Shown in pieces: positions 48,502-58,711 of a stretch of DNA of 64,000 nt; positions within the stretch are counted from its first letter, which is position 1; each line of letters starts with the position of its first letter. This DNA is from Candidatus Omnitrophota bacterium (GTDB lineage Bacteria > Omnitrophota > Gorgyraeia > 2-01-FULL-45-10): positions 11,711 through 75,710 of the forward strand of contig JAQVUX010000002.1 in NCBI GenBank assembly GCA_028699255.1. The letters run 5' to 3'. The position numbers were made by a program, and so were the translations under genes. The notes beneath the pieces were generated by a model. The model had not been told where the DNA came from and did not search any database. It worked only from the letters and a program-made list of their open reading frames with translations.

Positions 48502-49566
48502 ATGCCTTCACTCGATGACCAGAAGCTTATCAGGAAGCATGACAGGTCCGACATGCTCGGAATGATCGAATCATTCCCCAGGCAATGTGAAGAGGCGAAG
48601 AAAATAGCTTTGACGCTTAATATTCCCGACGCCTATCGCATATCTTACAACAATATAGTTTTTGCCGGTATGGGCGGTTCGGCAATAGCGGCCGATGTGT
48701 TAAAGTCTTATCTTTTTAATGACGCGTCGATCCCGATCTTTGTAAATAGAGGGTATTCATTGCCGGCTTTCACGGGCGAGCGAACGTTAGTTATAGTGTC
48801 AAGTTACTCCGGCAATACAGAAGAGACAATAAGCGCTTACCGGGATGCCATAAAAAGGAAGGCGAAGATTTTTGTTATTACTTCAGGTGGTATTTTGCAA
48901 TGCCGTGCGCGTAAGGATGGAGTGCCTGCCGTAACGATACCCAGAGGATTGCCGCCGAGATGCGCCATTGGATACGGGTTTTTCCCGGCGCTAACCATTC
49001 TTTCCGGAATAGGGATCATAAAGGACAAAACGCGCGAAACAAATGAAACTATCAGGATGCTGGATGTTTTAAGGCGCGAATATATAGGTTGCAAAGTGCC
49101 GGAAAAGAAGAATCTCGCGAAAAAGATAGCGAAGGAATTATACGGCAAGTTTCCGGTAATATATGCGACACAGGACGAGACGGATTGCGCTGTGACGAGG
49201 TGGAGGAGCGCTCTTTCTGAGAATGCGAAGACTCTCTCTTCCGGGCATCTCTTTCCGGAGATGGCTCATAACGATATAGTGGGTTGGAAATACCCTAAGG
49301 GCAGCTTAAAAAATTTTGTCGCTGTAATTTTACGCGATGCGTCCGGACATCCGCGCGTATCCCGGAAGATGGATATAGCGCGAGATATAATAAAAAAAGA
49401 AGGTTGTCGCGTTATAGAGGTAGCGTCTTCAGGGCGTTCACGGCTTGCAAGAATATTTTCTCTGATGTATACCGGCGATTACGTGAGTTATTATTTGGCG
49501 ATGCTGAACGGGATCGATCCGACACCGGTCGATCGAATAACGTATTTGAAAAAGGCTTTAACATAA
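48502..49566 (+). CDS. Bifunctional phosphoglucose/phosphomannose isomerase (SIS-domain PGI/PMI family)
   Basis: SIS block VFAGMGGSAIAADV, plus VIVSSYSGNTEETI. C-terminal PMI-type domain. Confidence 0.7.
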   Translation: MPSLDDQKLIRKHDRSDMLGMIESFPRQCEEAKKIALTLNIPDAYRISYNNIVFAGMGGSAIAADVLKSYLFNDASIPIFVNRGYSLPAFTGERTLVIVSSYSGNTEETISAYRDAIKRKAKIFVITSGGILQCRARKDGVPAVTIPRGLPPRCAIGYGFFPALTILSGIGIIKDKTRETNETIRMLDVLRREYIGCKVPEKKNLAKKIAKELYGKFPVIYATQDETDCAVTRWRSALSENAKTLSSGHLFPEMAHNDIVGWKYPKGSLKNFVAVILRDASGHPRVSRKMDIARDIIKKEGCRVIEVASSGRSRLARIFSLMYTGDYVSYYLAMLNGIDPTPVDRITYLKKALT

Positions 49567-49582
49567 AGCCGGGAGAGGTATT

Positions 49583-50329
49583 ATGACATTAATAATCTTA
49601 GCGGCGGGTTATTCCATAAGGCTCCATCCATTGACGCTCAATACATCGAAGTCCTTATTGCAGATCGGCAACAAGAAGATGATCGACAGGATACTTGAAA
49701 AAGTACTAAAGATAAGAGAAGTGTCCTCCGTGTATCTGATAACCAATTCCAAATTTTTCAAAAATTTCGGCGATTGGCTGAAGGAGTCCAGGCATAAAAA
49801 CAAGATAGCCCTGATATGCGACGGCACAACTTCCAACGAAAACCGGCTCGGAGCGATAAAAGACCTGGAGTTTGTCATAAGGGAAGAAGCGATCAAGGAC
49901 GACGTGTTGGTTGTCGCGGGGGATAACCTGTTTGAATTCGATCTCGGCAAGTTTCTTAAATTCGCGGCAGGCAAAGACGGCGTTTCTATCGCTGTGCATG
50001 ACATAGGGGATAAAGAATTGGCGAAGAATTTCGGCGTCGTTAAAGTGGACGCGGACGGCAGGGTCATCGATTTTGAGGAGAAACCGGCAGAGCCAAAGTC
50101 GACCCTTATATCGACAGGAATATATTATTTTCCGAAAGATAAAGTTGATTTTATAGACGAATATGTTAAAATGCAGACCAAACTTGATGCCCCCGGTTAT
50201 TATATAGGGTGGCTGTCGAAGCGCGATAAGGTGTATGCCTTCGCTTTTCAGGAAGATTGGTATGATATAGGTAATATGGAGTCGTACAAGAAGGCCGATA
50301 GTGAATATCTAAACAAGGAGAAGAAATAA
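49583..50329 (+). CDS. Sugar-phosphate nucleotidyltransferase (NTP_transferase family)
   Basis: [30 protein letters not shown] is the G-x-G-x-R-L pyrophosphorylase motif. VVAGDNLF is also present. Confidence 0.7.
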   Translation: MTLIILAAGYSIRLHPLTLNTSKSLLQIGNKKMIDRILEKVLKIREVSSVYLITNSKFFKNFGDWLKESRHKNKIALICDGTTSNENRLGAIKDLEFVIREEAIKDDVLVVAGDNLFEFDLGKFLKFAAGKDGVSIAVHDIGDKELAKNFGVVKVDADGRVIDFEEKPAEPKSTLISTGIYYFPKDKVDFIDEYVKMQTKLDAPGYYIGWLSKRDKVYAFAFQEDWYDIGNMESYKKADSEYLNKEKK

Positions 50330-51501
50330 TGGCAAAGCATAAGTATCTTTTTACATCGGAGAGCGTGACCGAAGGCCACCCCGACAAAGTCTGCGATCAG
50401 GTTTCAGATAGCGTTCTGGATGAGGTTTTGAGGCAGGACCCATCCGGCCGCGTGGCTTGCGAAACATACGTTACGATGGGGCTTATAATAATCGGCGGCG
50501 AAATAACAACAACCGCATATGTGGATATACATAAACTTTGCCGAAATCTTCTTAAGGACATAGGTTATACGCATCCGAAATACGGGTTTGACTACCACAC
50601 CTGTGCCATACTGAATGCCATACATACACAATCGCCGGATATAGCGATGGGTGTCGATGCGGGTGGCGCCGGCGACCAGGGAATGATGATGGGCTATGCG
50701 TGTAATGAAACGCCGGAACTTATGCCGCTTCCTATAATGCTTGCCCACAAACTCTGTAAGAGATTTGCCGAGGTCAGGAAAGAGAATGTGCTGAAGTATC
50801 TCGGGCCTGATGGAAAATCACAGGTTACCGTAGAATATCACGACGGCAAGCCTGCGCGCGTCACATCCGTGGTTTTGGCTTCCCAGCATACGGAAGAAGC
50901 CATCGATAAAAAGACGAAACTTTTTTCGGCGGATGCGAGAAAAGAGATAATAGAAAAAGTTGCGAAGCCGATATTGAAAAATTATATCGATAAGGATACG
51001 CAGTTTTATGTAAATCAGACGGGGCTCTTTTTGATAGGCGGGCCGCAATCCGATACGGGCATGACGGGGCGTAAGATCATCGTTGATACCTACGGCGGCA
51101 CAGTGCCGCACGGCGGCGGAGCGTTTTCGGGAAAAGATCCCACAAAGGTCGACCGCTCGGCGGCATATATGGGCCGCTATATAGCTAAAAACCTCGTAGC
51201 CGCCAAGATCGCCGACAAACTAATGATACAGCTGGCGTATGTAATCGGCCGCGCGGATCCGGTTTCGATAATGGTCAATACTTACGGCACCGGAAGATTG
51301 AGTGATGATAAGATAATAAAGATAATACAGGATCATTTTGAGCTGACGCCACACGGCATCATCGCTGAACTGAAGCTACGCGAGTCTAACGGTAGCCGAT
51401 TTAAAAAGACGGCGGCGTATGGACATTTCGGCAGGACAGAGGAAGGCTTTACCTGGGAAAAGACAGACGTAGCCAAAGATCTTAAAAAATACGTTAAATA
51501 A
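50329..51501 (+). CDS. metK: S-adenosylmethionine synthetase
   Basis: [32 protein letters not shown] and [19 protein letters not shown] signatures. Confidence 0.9.
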   Translation: MAKHKYLFTSESVTEGHPDKVCDQVSDSVLDEVLRQDPSGRVACETYVTMGLIIIGGEITTTAYVDIHKLCRNLLKDIGYTHPKYGFDYHTCAILNAIHTQSPDIAMGVDAGGAGDQGMMMGYACNETPELMPLPIMLAHKLCKRFAEVRKENVLKYLGPDGKSQVTVEYHDGKPARVTSVVLASQHTEEAIDKKTKLFSADARKEIIEKVAKPILKNYIDKDTQFYVNQTGLFLIGGPQSDTGMTGRKIIVDTYGGTVPHGGGAFSGKDPTKVDRSAAYMGRYIAKNLVAAKIADKLMIQLAYVIGRADPVSIMVNTYGTGRLSDDKIIKIIQDHFELTPHGIIAELKLRESNGSRFKKTAAYGHFGRTEEGFTWEKTDVAKDLKKYVK

Positions 51502-51525
51502 AAAAACGAAACCGAAAAAGGAAAA

Positions 51526-52785
51526 ATGATGAAATATGATGTTAAGGATTTAGCTCTCGCGAAGAAGGGCAAACTGCGCATAGAGTGGGCCAATGAATAC
51601 ATGAATGTGCTTTCTCTTATCCGCAAGCATTTCAGGCAGGAGAAACCGCTTAAAGGATTGAAAGTTGCCTGTTGTCTCCACGTTACCACGGAGACGGCAA
51701 ACCTGGCATATACGCTTAAAGAAGGCGGAGCTGATGTCGCTATCTGCGCCTCGAATCCGCTTAGCACCCAGGATGATGTCGCCGCTTCCCTTGTAAAAGA
51801 TTATGGAATACCGACGTTCGCGATCAAAGGCGAAACGAATAAACAGTATTACAGCCATATAAACAGCGTCCTTGCTATGGAGCCGAATATCACCATGGAT
51901 GACGGCGCCGATCTCGTATCGACGGTACAGAAGTCTAAGGGCCGCCTTGTCGGGAATATCCTGGGCGGAACGGAAGAGACGACTACCGGTGTCATAAGGC
52001 TGAAGAGCTTAGAGAAACAGGGGCTACTCCTCTATCCTATAATAGCTGTGAACGAGGCTCTCACCAAACACCTTTTCGATAACCGTTATGGCACGGGGCA
52101 ATCCACAGTCGATGGTATCGTGCGCGCTACCAATGTGTTGCTTGCTGGGTCGAATTTCGTGGTCTGTGGTTATGGTTGGTGCGGTAAAGGGCTCGCGATG
52201 CGGGCCAGGGGTATGGGCGCGAATGTTACTGTAATAGAGATAGATCCGCTTAAAGCCCTCGAGGCGGTAATGGACGGCTATAGCGTAATGCCTATTAAGG
52301 AAGCTTGTAAAAAAGCCGATGTTATCGTAACCTTGACCGGCGATATACATGTGATCAGGCAGGAACATTTTGAAGTCATGAAAGACGGCGCAATAGTCGC
52401 GAATTCCGGGCATTTTAATGTCGAAATAGATATTCCGGCGCTTGAAAAGATATCGGTAAAAAAACGTATAGTGAGGGATTATGTGGAAGAGTATACGCTG
52501 AAAAGCGGTAAGCGTGTAAATCTTCTGGGCGAAGGCAGGCTCATAAACCTCGCTTCGGCCGAAGGCCATCCGGCGAGCGTAATGGATATGAGTTTCGCGA
52601 ACCAGGCCCTTGCCAGCGAATATATAGCCAAAAATCACAAGAAGTTGTCGCGCAAAGTATACGATGTGCCGGAATTCATCGACAAGAACATAGCTAAGTT
52701 AAAACTGGAATCTCTGGGCGTAAAGATAGACACTCTGACGAAAGAGCAGAAGAAGTATCTTGAGAGCTGGGAGATGGGAACATAG
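51526..52785 (+). CDS. ahcY: Adenosylhomocysteinase (short form)
   Basis: [11 protein letters not shown] and [20 protein letters not shown] (the NAD fold) signatures. Confidence 0.9.
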   Translation: MMKYDVKDLALAKKGKLRIEWANEYMNVLSLIRKHFRQEKPLKGLKVACCLHVTTETANLAYTLKEGGADVAICASNPLSTQDDVAASLVKDYGIPTFAIKGETNKQYYSHINSVLAMEPNITMDDGADLVSTVQKSKGRLVGNILGGTEETTTGVIRLKSLEKQGLLLYPIIAVNEALTKHLFDNRYGTGQSTVDGIVRATNVLLAGSNFVVCGYGWCGKGLAMRARGMGANVTVIEIDPLKALEAVMDGYSVMPIKEACKKADVIVTLTGDIHVIRQEHFEVMKDGAIVANSGHFNVEIDIPALEKISVKKRIVRDYVEEYTLKSGKRVNLLGEGRLINLASAEGHPASVMDMSFANQALASEYIAKNHKKLSRKVYDVPEFIDKNIAKLKLESLGVKIDTLTKEQKKYLESWEMGT

Positions 52786-52804
52786 AAAGGAGCACGGGGT
52801 AACA

Positions 52805-54130
52805 ATGGGAAGAAGGCCGATTGATATGGATAGTGTTGTAATGGATCTCGTCTTGACGGATTCCATTGATGAAAAGAAAAAGCTGGCTAAAAAGATAGCA
52901 GATATCGCTTACAAGAACGGGATATTTCTTGCGAGCATAAACGGGTTCTACATGGCACGGGGTAAGGGGCTGGTGCCGAATAATTTCACAGTGCCGGCAA
53001 TGAACTTGCGAGTATTGACTTACGATCTCGCGAAGGCGATATTCAGGGTCGCAAAAAAGAATAATGCCGGGGCGTTTATTTTCGAAATAGCCAAGTCCGA
53101 AATGGGCTATACGAATCAGCCGGCTGTGGAATATACTGCTGTTTGTCTTGCCGCGGCGGTAAAGGAAGGATGGAGCGGCCCGGTATTCGTGCAGGGCGAT
53201 CACTTCCAGGTAAACGCAAAAAATTATAAAGATAACCCGGAGAAAGAGCTTGATGCCCTAAAGGCGCTTATTACGCATGCGATCGAAGCGGGTTTCTACA
53301 ATATAGATATAGATTCATCCACCGTCGTGGATCTTTCCAAGCCGAAGGTAAAAAAACAGCAGGAGGCTAACTACGACATTTGCGCGAAGCTGACGAATTT
53401 TATCAGGCAAAACCAGCCGCGCGGTATAGAGGTTTCTGTTGGCGGGGAGATAGGCGAAGTCGGTCATCAGAACTCAACTCCGGAAGATCTGCGCGCGTTC
53501 ATGGAAGGATACAATGAGCGCCTGCGTAAGGGGCGCGTGGGGATTTCCAAAATAAGCGTCCAGACCGGCACTTCCCACGGTGGCGTAGTCCTGCCGGACG
53601 GCACGATCGCCAAAGTAAAACTAGACTTCGATACATTAAAGACGTTGTCGAAGATCGCGCGGGAAGAGTACGGTTTGTCAGGAGCGGTTCAGCATGGCGC
53701 TTCGACACTGTCGGATGAGGCATTTGGAAAGTTTCCGGAAGAAGGAACTGCTGAAGTTCACCTGGCTACCGGCTTCCAGAACATGGTCTACGATAGCCCT
53801 CATTTTCCGAAGGAACTGAAAGACAAGATATACGATTGGGTGAGGAAGAATCTCGCCTCAGAGAAGAAAGGCGACCAGACCGAAGAGCAGTTCCTTTATA
53901 GCGCGCGTAAGAAAGCGCTGGGGCCTTTCAAGAAAGAGATAATGTCGCTGAGCACGGAAGTGCGCGGTGCCATATCGAAAGAGATAGAGGCGAAGTTCGA
54001 ATTCTTATTCGAAAAATTGAACGTGCGTAACACACGTGAGATGATTTCGAAGCATACAGTGCTTAAGAGGGTTATTACCAGAAAAAGCGCCGGAACCCAT
54101 GTAGAGATGGATGGGGAAGGGGCGGATTAA
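52805..54130 (+). CDS. Class-II fructose-bisphosphate aldolase family protein (long form)
   Basis: VQGDHFQ metal-binding region, VQTGTSHGG, GASTLSDEAF. Start at ATG 52805, after an AAAGGAG RBS. The annotated 52760 start lies inside ahcY. Confidence 0.7.
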   Translation: MGRRPIDMDSVVMDLVLTDSIDEKKKLAKKIADIAYKNGIFLASINGFYMARGKGLVPNNFTVPAMNLRVLTYDLAKAIFRVAKKNNAGAFIFEIAKSEMGYTNQPAVEYTAVCLAAAVKEGWSGPVFVQGDHFQVNAKNYKDNPEKELDALKALITHAIEAGFYNIDIDSSTVVDLSKPKVKKQQEANYDICAKLTNFIRQNQPRGIEVSVGGEIGEVGHQNSTPEDLRAFMEGYNERLRKGRVGISKISVQTGTSHGGVVLPDGTIAKVKLDFDTLKTLSKIAREEYGLSGAVQHGASTLSDEAFGKFPEEGTAEVHLATGFQNMVYDSPHFPKELKDKIYDWVRKNLASEKKGDQTEEQFLYSARKKALGPFKKEIMSLSTEVRGAISKEIEAKFEFLFEKLNVRNTREMISKHTVLKRVITRKSAGTHVEMDGEGAD

Positions 54131-54162
54131 AAACTCTTAAGAAGCAAAAATAAACGTAAAAA

Positions 54163-54206
54163 CAAAGCCTAAAATTCGCAATTTGGATTTTAGGCTTTGT
54201 TTTTTA
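54163..54206. terminator. Bidirectional Rho-independent terminator between convergent fba and lptF/G
   Basis: CAAAGCCTAAAAT-tcgcaatttgg-ATTTTAGGCTTTG with flanking T and A tracts. Confidence 0.6.
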
Positions 54207-54209
54207 GTA

Positions 54210-55322
54210 TTATGTGCGCTTGTTGATGAGGTATATACCTATTATTCCGAATACGATGTTGCCGATCCAGGCAGATGCTATTGGAGGCAGGATGCCTGCT
54301 TTTCCGAAAGCGATCGCTATCGCTATGCAGGCGTAATATAACAAACCTATCGCTATAGACATTCCAACGCCTATCATTACCCCGCCGCGTGTATTTATGA
54401 TGGCAAAAGGCGCGCCTATCAGTATTATGATTAAACTTATCACTGAAAATGATACCTTTTGATATAAGTCAACCATTAGTCCCCGCACGAGTTTGGTGCT
54501 GGTGCCCCTGAAGTTTTTTATGTAGTTTTTAAGTTCCGCGTAGCTCATGTATTCGGAATGCCACTCGTTGTATGCGAAATCGCGGGGTTTTTCTTTTATC
54601 GGTATCGTTTTTTCCGCGTAAAAAGTCGGCTCGCTTAATATCTTTCCGGAATTATCTATTTTCCACATTATGACTTTGTAAAATTTCCACCCCGATCCGG
54701 TCCATACTCCGGACTGGGCGGTAATTTTTGACACAAGGTTTTCGGATAGATCATGTTCGTGTATTATGATATCGGACAATAGCTTTTTTTCGGTGTTATA
54801 AGTCCTGGCGAAGACGATCCTATTGCCGGTGCCGTATACCGCGACGTTGTCTATGATCTTCTGGCGGCTCGATTTTTGCATATCCTTCTCGAGCTCTTCG
54901 CGTCTTATAAGGTTTGCAACCTTTGAGCTTATAGGAACTACCCTATCGCTTATTATAAAAGAACATATGCTTATAATGAGCCCCAGGAGTATGACGGGGG
55001 AAACTATGCGCCACAGGCTTATACCGCTCGACTTCATGGCCGTTATCTCGTTATTTTTATTAAGGTTACTTAAGACGAATATGGTTGAGAGCAACACCGC
55101 CATGGGCGCTACCTGCAATATTATGGTAGGGCAATAGTATACGTAGAAAGCCGCCAGCGAGGCGCCAGGTATCTTGTATTTTACTATATTCTCGATAAAA
55201 GAAAAGATGTCGATTATAACAGCCATGATGGTAAATATAAAAAGGCACCATATGAATGGCGACAAAAAACCTTTTACCATATAGCGGTCGATTATCTTCA
55301 CTCTATTGTAATCCTCTCGCAA
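54210..55322 (-). CDS. LptF/LptG-family LPS export permease
   Basis: YjgP/YjgQ architecture: N-terminal TM bundle, periplasmic beta-jellyroll, C-terminal TM helices. IIDRYMVKGF motif. The real start may be the GTG 21 nt downstream, giving 54210-55301. Confidence 0.75.
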   Translation of the reverse strand: MREDYNRVKIIDRYMVKGFLSPFIWCLFIFTIMAVIIDIFSFIENIVKYKIPGASLAAFYVYYCPTIILQVAPMAVLLSTIFVLSNLNKNNEITAMKSSGISLWRIVSPVILLGLIISICSFIISDRVVPISSKVANLIRREELEKDMQKSSRQKIIDNVAVYGTGNRIVFARTYNTEKKLLSDIIIHEHDLSENLVSKITAQSGVWTGSGWKFYKVIMWKIDNSGKILSEPTFYAEKTIPIKEKPRDFAYNEWHSEYMSYAELKNYIKNFRGTSTKLVRGLMVDLYQKVSFSVISLIIILIGAPFAIINTRGGVMIGVGMSIAIGLLYYACIAIAIAFGKAGILPPIASAWIGNIVFGIIGIYLINKRT

Positions 55323-56031
55323 GGGTAAGGCAGTGCACTTCTTTCGCCCCGCCTGCCTTTAGCGCCTTCGCGCATTCGTTTAATGTAGCGCCGGTAGTCA
55401 TTACGTCGTCGACGAGGAGCACGTTCAATCCCGCGACGGGCGACTTATCCAGCGGCCTGAACGAGCCGGTAAGATTGGTCAGGCGCTCTTCCCGGGACAG
55501 CTCATTCTGTCGTCTTGTTCCAATCGTTTTTTCCAGAGTATTTGCCGCGGGTATCATGAATTTCGCCGATAAGGCCGCGGCCAGTATGCCGGAATGATTA
55601 TAATCTCTTTTATGCAACCACCCCTCGTGTAGCGGTACGAAAGTTATAAGGCTTATGCCGTCTAATATCTCGCTGTTGTCTTTGACGAAACTTATAAGTT
55701 TTTCACTTAAGATACCGGATAGCGACATTCTGCTTTTGTATTTAAATTGATGTATAAGTTCTTTAAGAGCGCCTTCGTACATGCATGCCGACCATGCCCT
55801 ATCGAAAGAGAGCGTGCCTCTTGAGCACTCCGCGCACCTCTTACCGTTTTTTTGTATGGAGCGTCCGCATATGACGCAGTATGGTTTCGGGTTTGTTTTT
55901 ATGAGGCTTTCGCAAAACTCGCAGACCCCTGTTTTATTCAAAGGGTCGAGGACTGCTTTGCATGATGCGCAATGCAGGGGGTAGAGAAGATTGACCAGGT
56001 TCTTTGTGATGACCGTGAACGGGCGCGTCAT
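55303..56031 (-). CDS. comF: ComF/GntX-family phosphoribosyltransferase-domain protein
   Basis: N-terminal 4-Cys zinc finger (CASC...CEFC...CVICG...CAEC). C-terminal PRTase motif VLLVDDVMTTGATL. Confidence 0.7.
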   Translation of the reverse strand: MTRPFTVITKNLVNLLYPLHCASCKAVLDPLNKTGVCEFCESLIKTNPKPYCVICGRSIQKNGKRCAECSRGTLSFDRAWSACMYEGALKELIHQFKYKSRMSLSGILSEKLISFVKDNSEILDGISLITFVPLHEGWLHKRDYNHSGILAAALSAKFMIPAANTLEKTIGTRRQNELSREERLTNLTGSFRPLDKSPVAGLNVLLVDDVMTTGATLNECAKALKAGGAKEVHCLTLARGLQ

Positions 56032-56137
56032 ATGCCGAATATGATATCATGCCGAAACGGCCATTGTCAATCGTCCTTCCGAAGGCGTTAAAAGCGCTTG
56101 CTTTATTCGCTCCGGGGTATTAAAATATCACACTAAT

Positions 56138-57928
56138 ATGAAGAATAACTGGAAGCATATAGGCAAGGCCAGGCGGGCCGGGGTTCTCGCGCCGCTATTC
56201 TCCGTGTACTCGAGGAAGAGCGCAGGCATCGGGGATTTTAACGACCTGAAGATGCTCTGCGACTGGTGCAAAGAAGCTTCATTTTCCATCCTTCAGCTTT
56301 TACCCATGAACGAAGTCGGTTCCGCTTTCTGCCCATACGACGCGGTCAGTTCTTTCGCGCTGGAACCGATGTATATAGCGCTCTCCGATTTTCAGGGCTC
56401 AGCCGACAAAGGCGCAAAATTCAGAATAGATACTTTCAGGAAAAAGTTCCCCACAGGAGCTAAGAATGTCGACTATGCGGTAAAGAGCGCGAAGATAGCG
56501 CTTCTTAAAGAAATATTCTCCTCCGACGGTAAAAATTACGCCTCAAAAAATTTCAATAAATTCATTTCCGATAATGAATACTGGCTCGACGATTTCGCGC
56601 TCTTCAAGGTACTGAAGGCATACCACGAGGGCAGGCCGTGGTACGAGTGGGCCGAAGGTTACAAAAACCGAGATTTCGCGAAGCTGGACTCTTTCCGGAA
56701 AGAACATGCCGGCGATATAGATTTCGAGAAATGGATACAGTGGATCGCGTATGAGCAGTTTAAGACGGCCAAGGAATATGCCGCCTCCAAAGGTATAGCG
56801 ATATGCGGGGATCTGCCGATACTTACTTCCAGAGACAGCGCGGATGTCTGGGCGCATCCGGATTTTTTCAAACTGGACTTTTCGGCGGGCGCGCCTCCGG
56901 ACATGTATTGCGCCAAAGGACAGCGTTGGGGGATGCCGACGTATAATTGGGGCGCCATATCCGGCGACGGGTACAGATACATAAAAGAAAAACTCGCCTT
57001 CGCGGAAAACTTTTATGACATGATAAGGATAGATCACGTCGTAGGCTTATTTCGTATATGGAGTATTCCTTATAATGACCCGGCCATCAATGAAGGATTG
57101 AACGGCGTATTCGATCCGGCCGATGAGAATGTCTGGACGAGCCACGGCCGCGACATTCTCGCGGCGATGCTTGACGGTACTTCGATGTTGTTTTGCGCGG
57201 AAGACCTTGGCATGATACCTCGCGATTGTCCGGAGACATTGAAAGATATGGAGATACCCGGCAATGACGTCCAGAGATGGGTTAAAGACTGGGCGGTGTC
57301 GCATGATTTTCTTACCCCGAAAGAATATCGGCAGTATTCCGTCGCAATGCTTTCGACGCATGATACTACAAATTGGGCGGCGTGGTGGGAGAATGAAGCC
57401 GGGACGGTCGACGAGGCGCTCTTTATACGGCGCGCCGCTTCCCGCGGAATAGATTACGAAAAAGCGAAGGCTCTGCTATTCGACCCCGCGCGCTCGAAAC
57501 ACGGGCGCTTGAGATGGCTTGACAGAATAACGTCGGTCGATATTCTTGCCGATATTCTCGGAAAACGCCGCGAGGAGATCGCGGATTTCGCCGATATGTA
57601 CGAGAACACGTACCGGGAGAAGGAGAAGCTGTGGGCCCGACTGGGCTTTACGGGGCCGATGGAAGAAAAATCGAAGCCCGAGATCGTCGAGAAGGCGCTC
57701 AACATAACGCTCAGGTCGAGATCGGTATTTTGCATAGAACTATTGAACGATTATTTATATTTAGCGGGAATATTCAAAGGGGATCCTTACCAGGTCAGGA
57801 TAAACAGGCCGGGTACGGTAAATGGATCGAACTGGTCGCTTGTTATTCCTATGTCGCTCGAGGAACTCTTGAAAGACAAGATGAATGCTAAGATAAAAGC
57901 TATGGTGGCTATATCCGGCAGGGCGTAA
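56138..57928 (+). CDS. malQ: 4-alpha-glucanotransferase (GH77 amylomaltase)
   Basis: GVLAPLFSVYS...GIGDF N-terminus. Catalytic regions RIDHVVGLFRIW and CAEDLGMIP. Confidence 0.85.
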   Translation: MKNNWKHIGKARRAGVLAPLFSVYSRKSAGIGDFNDLKMLCDWCKEASFSILQLLPMNEVGSAFCPYDAVSSFALEPMYIALSDFQGSADKGAKFRIDTFRKKFPTGAKNVDYAVKSAKIALLKEIFSSDGKNYASKNFNKFISDNEYWLDDFALFKVLKAYHEGRPWYEWAEGYKNRDFAKLDSFRKEHAGDIDFEKWIQWIAYEQFKTAKEYAASKGIAICGDLPILTSRDSADVWAHPDFFKLDFSAGAPPDMYCAKGQRWGMPTYNWGAISGDGYRYIKEKLAFAENFYDMIRIDHVVGLFRIWSIPYNDPAINEGLNGVFDPADENVWTSHGRDILAAMLDGTSMLFCAEDLGMIPRDCPETLKDMEIPGNDVQRWVKDWAVSHDFLTPKEYRQYSVAMLSTHDTTNWAAWWENEAGTVDEALFIRRAASRGIDYEKAKALLFDPARSKHGRLRWLDRITSVDILADILGKRREEIADFADMYENTYREKEKLWARLGFTGPMEEKSKPEIVEKALNITLRSRSVFCIELLNDYLYLAGIFKGDPYQVRINRPGTVNGSNWSLVIPMSLEELLKDKMNAKIKAMVAISGRA

Positions 57929-57981
57929 AAGCAGGCTTTAAATCTTGCATGGCCTTATAATTTATTGTAGAATGTTATGTT

Positions 57982-58647
57982 ATGAAAAAGGATGCGGTAG
58001 ATAATTTTATTGTCTTCTTCGACTTCGATAATACTATCACTACCATCGACGTTATAGATGACATACTCGAGCGGTTTTCAGATAACGACGGCTGGAAGGC
58101 CCTCGAACGGAAATGGCAGAACGAAGAGATAGGCTCCCGTGAATGCCTTAAGGGGCAGATCGAAGGCGTGAGGGTATCCAGGGATAAGCTGGATGATTAT
58201 TTGTCCACCGTAAAGATAGACCCGTATTTTAAAAAACTGCTTAATCTACTCGAATCCCGCAAGATACCGTTCCTGATAGTGAGTGATAATTTCGATTATA
58301 TGCTTAACGGTATACTTAAGAAGAACGGTATATCCGGAGTGGAGACTTATTGTAATAAAGTCGATTTTCGGGACGAGTGGTTTGTGCCGAGTTTCCCGCA
58401 TTCGAACGCGAAGTGCGGCGATTGCGCCAATTGCAAAAAGACGCACATATTAGCGAAGAGACGCCAGGGCACAAAAGCCATCTATGTAGGTGATGGGCGA
58501 TCCGATGTATGCGCGTCAAAGATTTCCGATGTGGTGTTCGCAAAGGGTTATCTGAGGAAGCTTTTTAAGGAAGAAGGGTTGCCTCACGTAGCGATCGATA
58601 GTTTGAAAGATGTCTATGAATATTTTGCAGGAGAAATAACCGCGTAG
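57982..58647 (+). CDS. HAD-IB family phosphatase (MtnX-like 2-hydroxy-3-keto-5-methylthiopentenyl-1-phosphate phosphatase fold)
   Basis: FFDFDNTIT (motif I), VSDNF (motif II), VGDGRSD (motif IV). Its stop codon lies inside the 58634-58692 palindromic repeat. Confidence 0.65.
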   Translation: MKKDAVDNFIVFFDFDNTITTIDVIDDILERFSDNDGWKALERKWQNEEIGSRECLKGQIEGVRVSRDKLDDYLSTVKIDPYFKKLLNLLESRKIPFLIVSDNFDYMLNGILKKNGISGVETYCNKVDFRDEWFVPSFPHSNAKCGDCANCKKTHILAKRRQGTKAIYVGDGRSDVCASKISDVVFAKGYLRKLFKEEGLPHVAIDSLKDVYEYFAGEITA

Positions 58648-58692
58648 GTTATTTGGGTAAAATAATTGGCCAGCCCACGCGGTTGGTATAGG
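58634..58692 (+). repeat. Single copy of the AACCGCGTAGGTT-palindrome repeat unit (same family as 34343-34505)
   Basis: AAATAACCGCGTAGGTTATTTGGGTAAAATAATTGGCCAGCCCACGCGGTTGG. The arm has one G-U wobble and one mismatch. Sits between the HAD gene stop and the RBS of the aminotransferase gene. Confidence 0.7.
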
Positions 58693-58711
58693 ATTATACG
58701 AGGAGAAAGGC

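Noticed and set aside
50300-50340. Looked for a SAM riboswitch (S-box) upstream of metK
   Set aside because: metK starts at the stop codon of the preceding nucleotidyltransferase gene. There is no leader in which a riboswitch could reside.
52024-53203. Minus-strand ORFs (204 aa, 169 aa) across the ahcY / fba junction
   Set aside because: Antisense to two highly conserved enzymes. The 52760 annotated start of fba also overlaps ahcY and was replaced by the RBS-supported ATG 52805.
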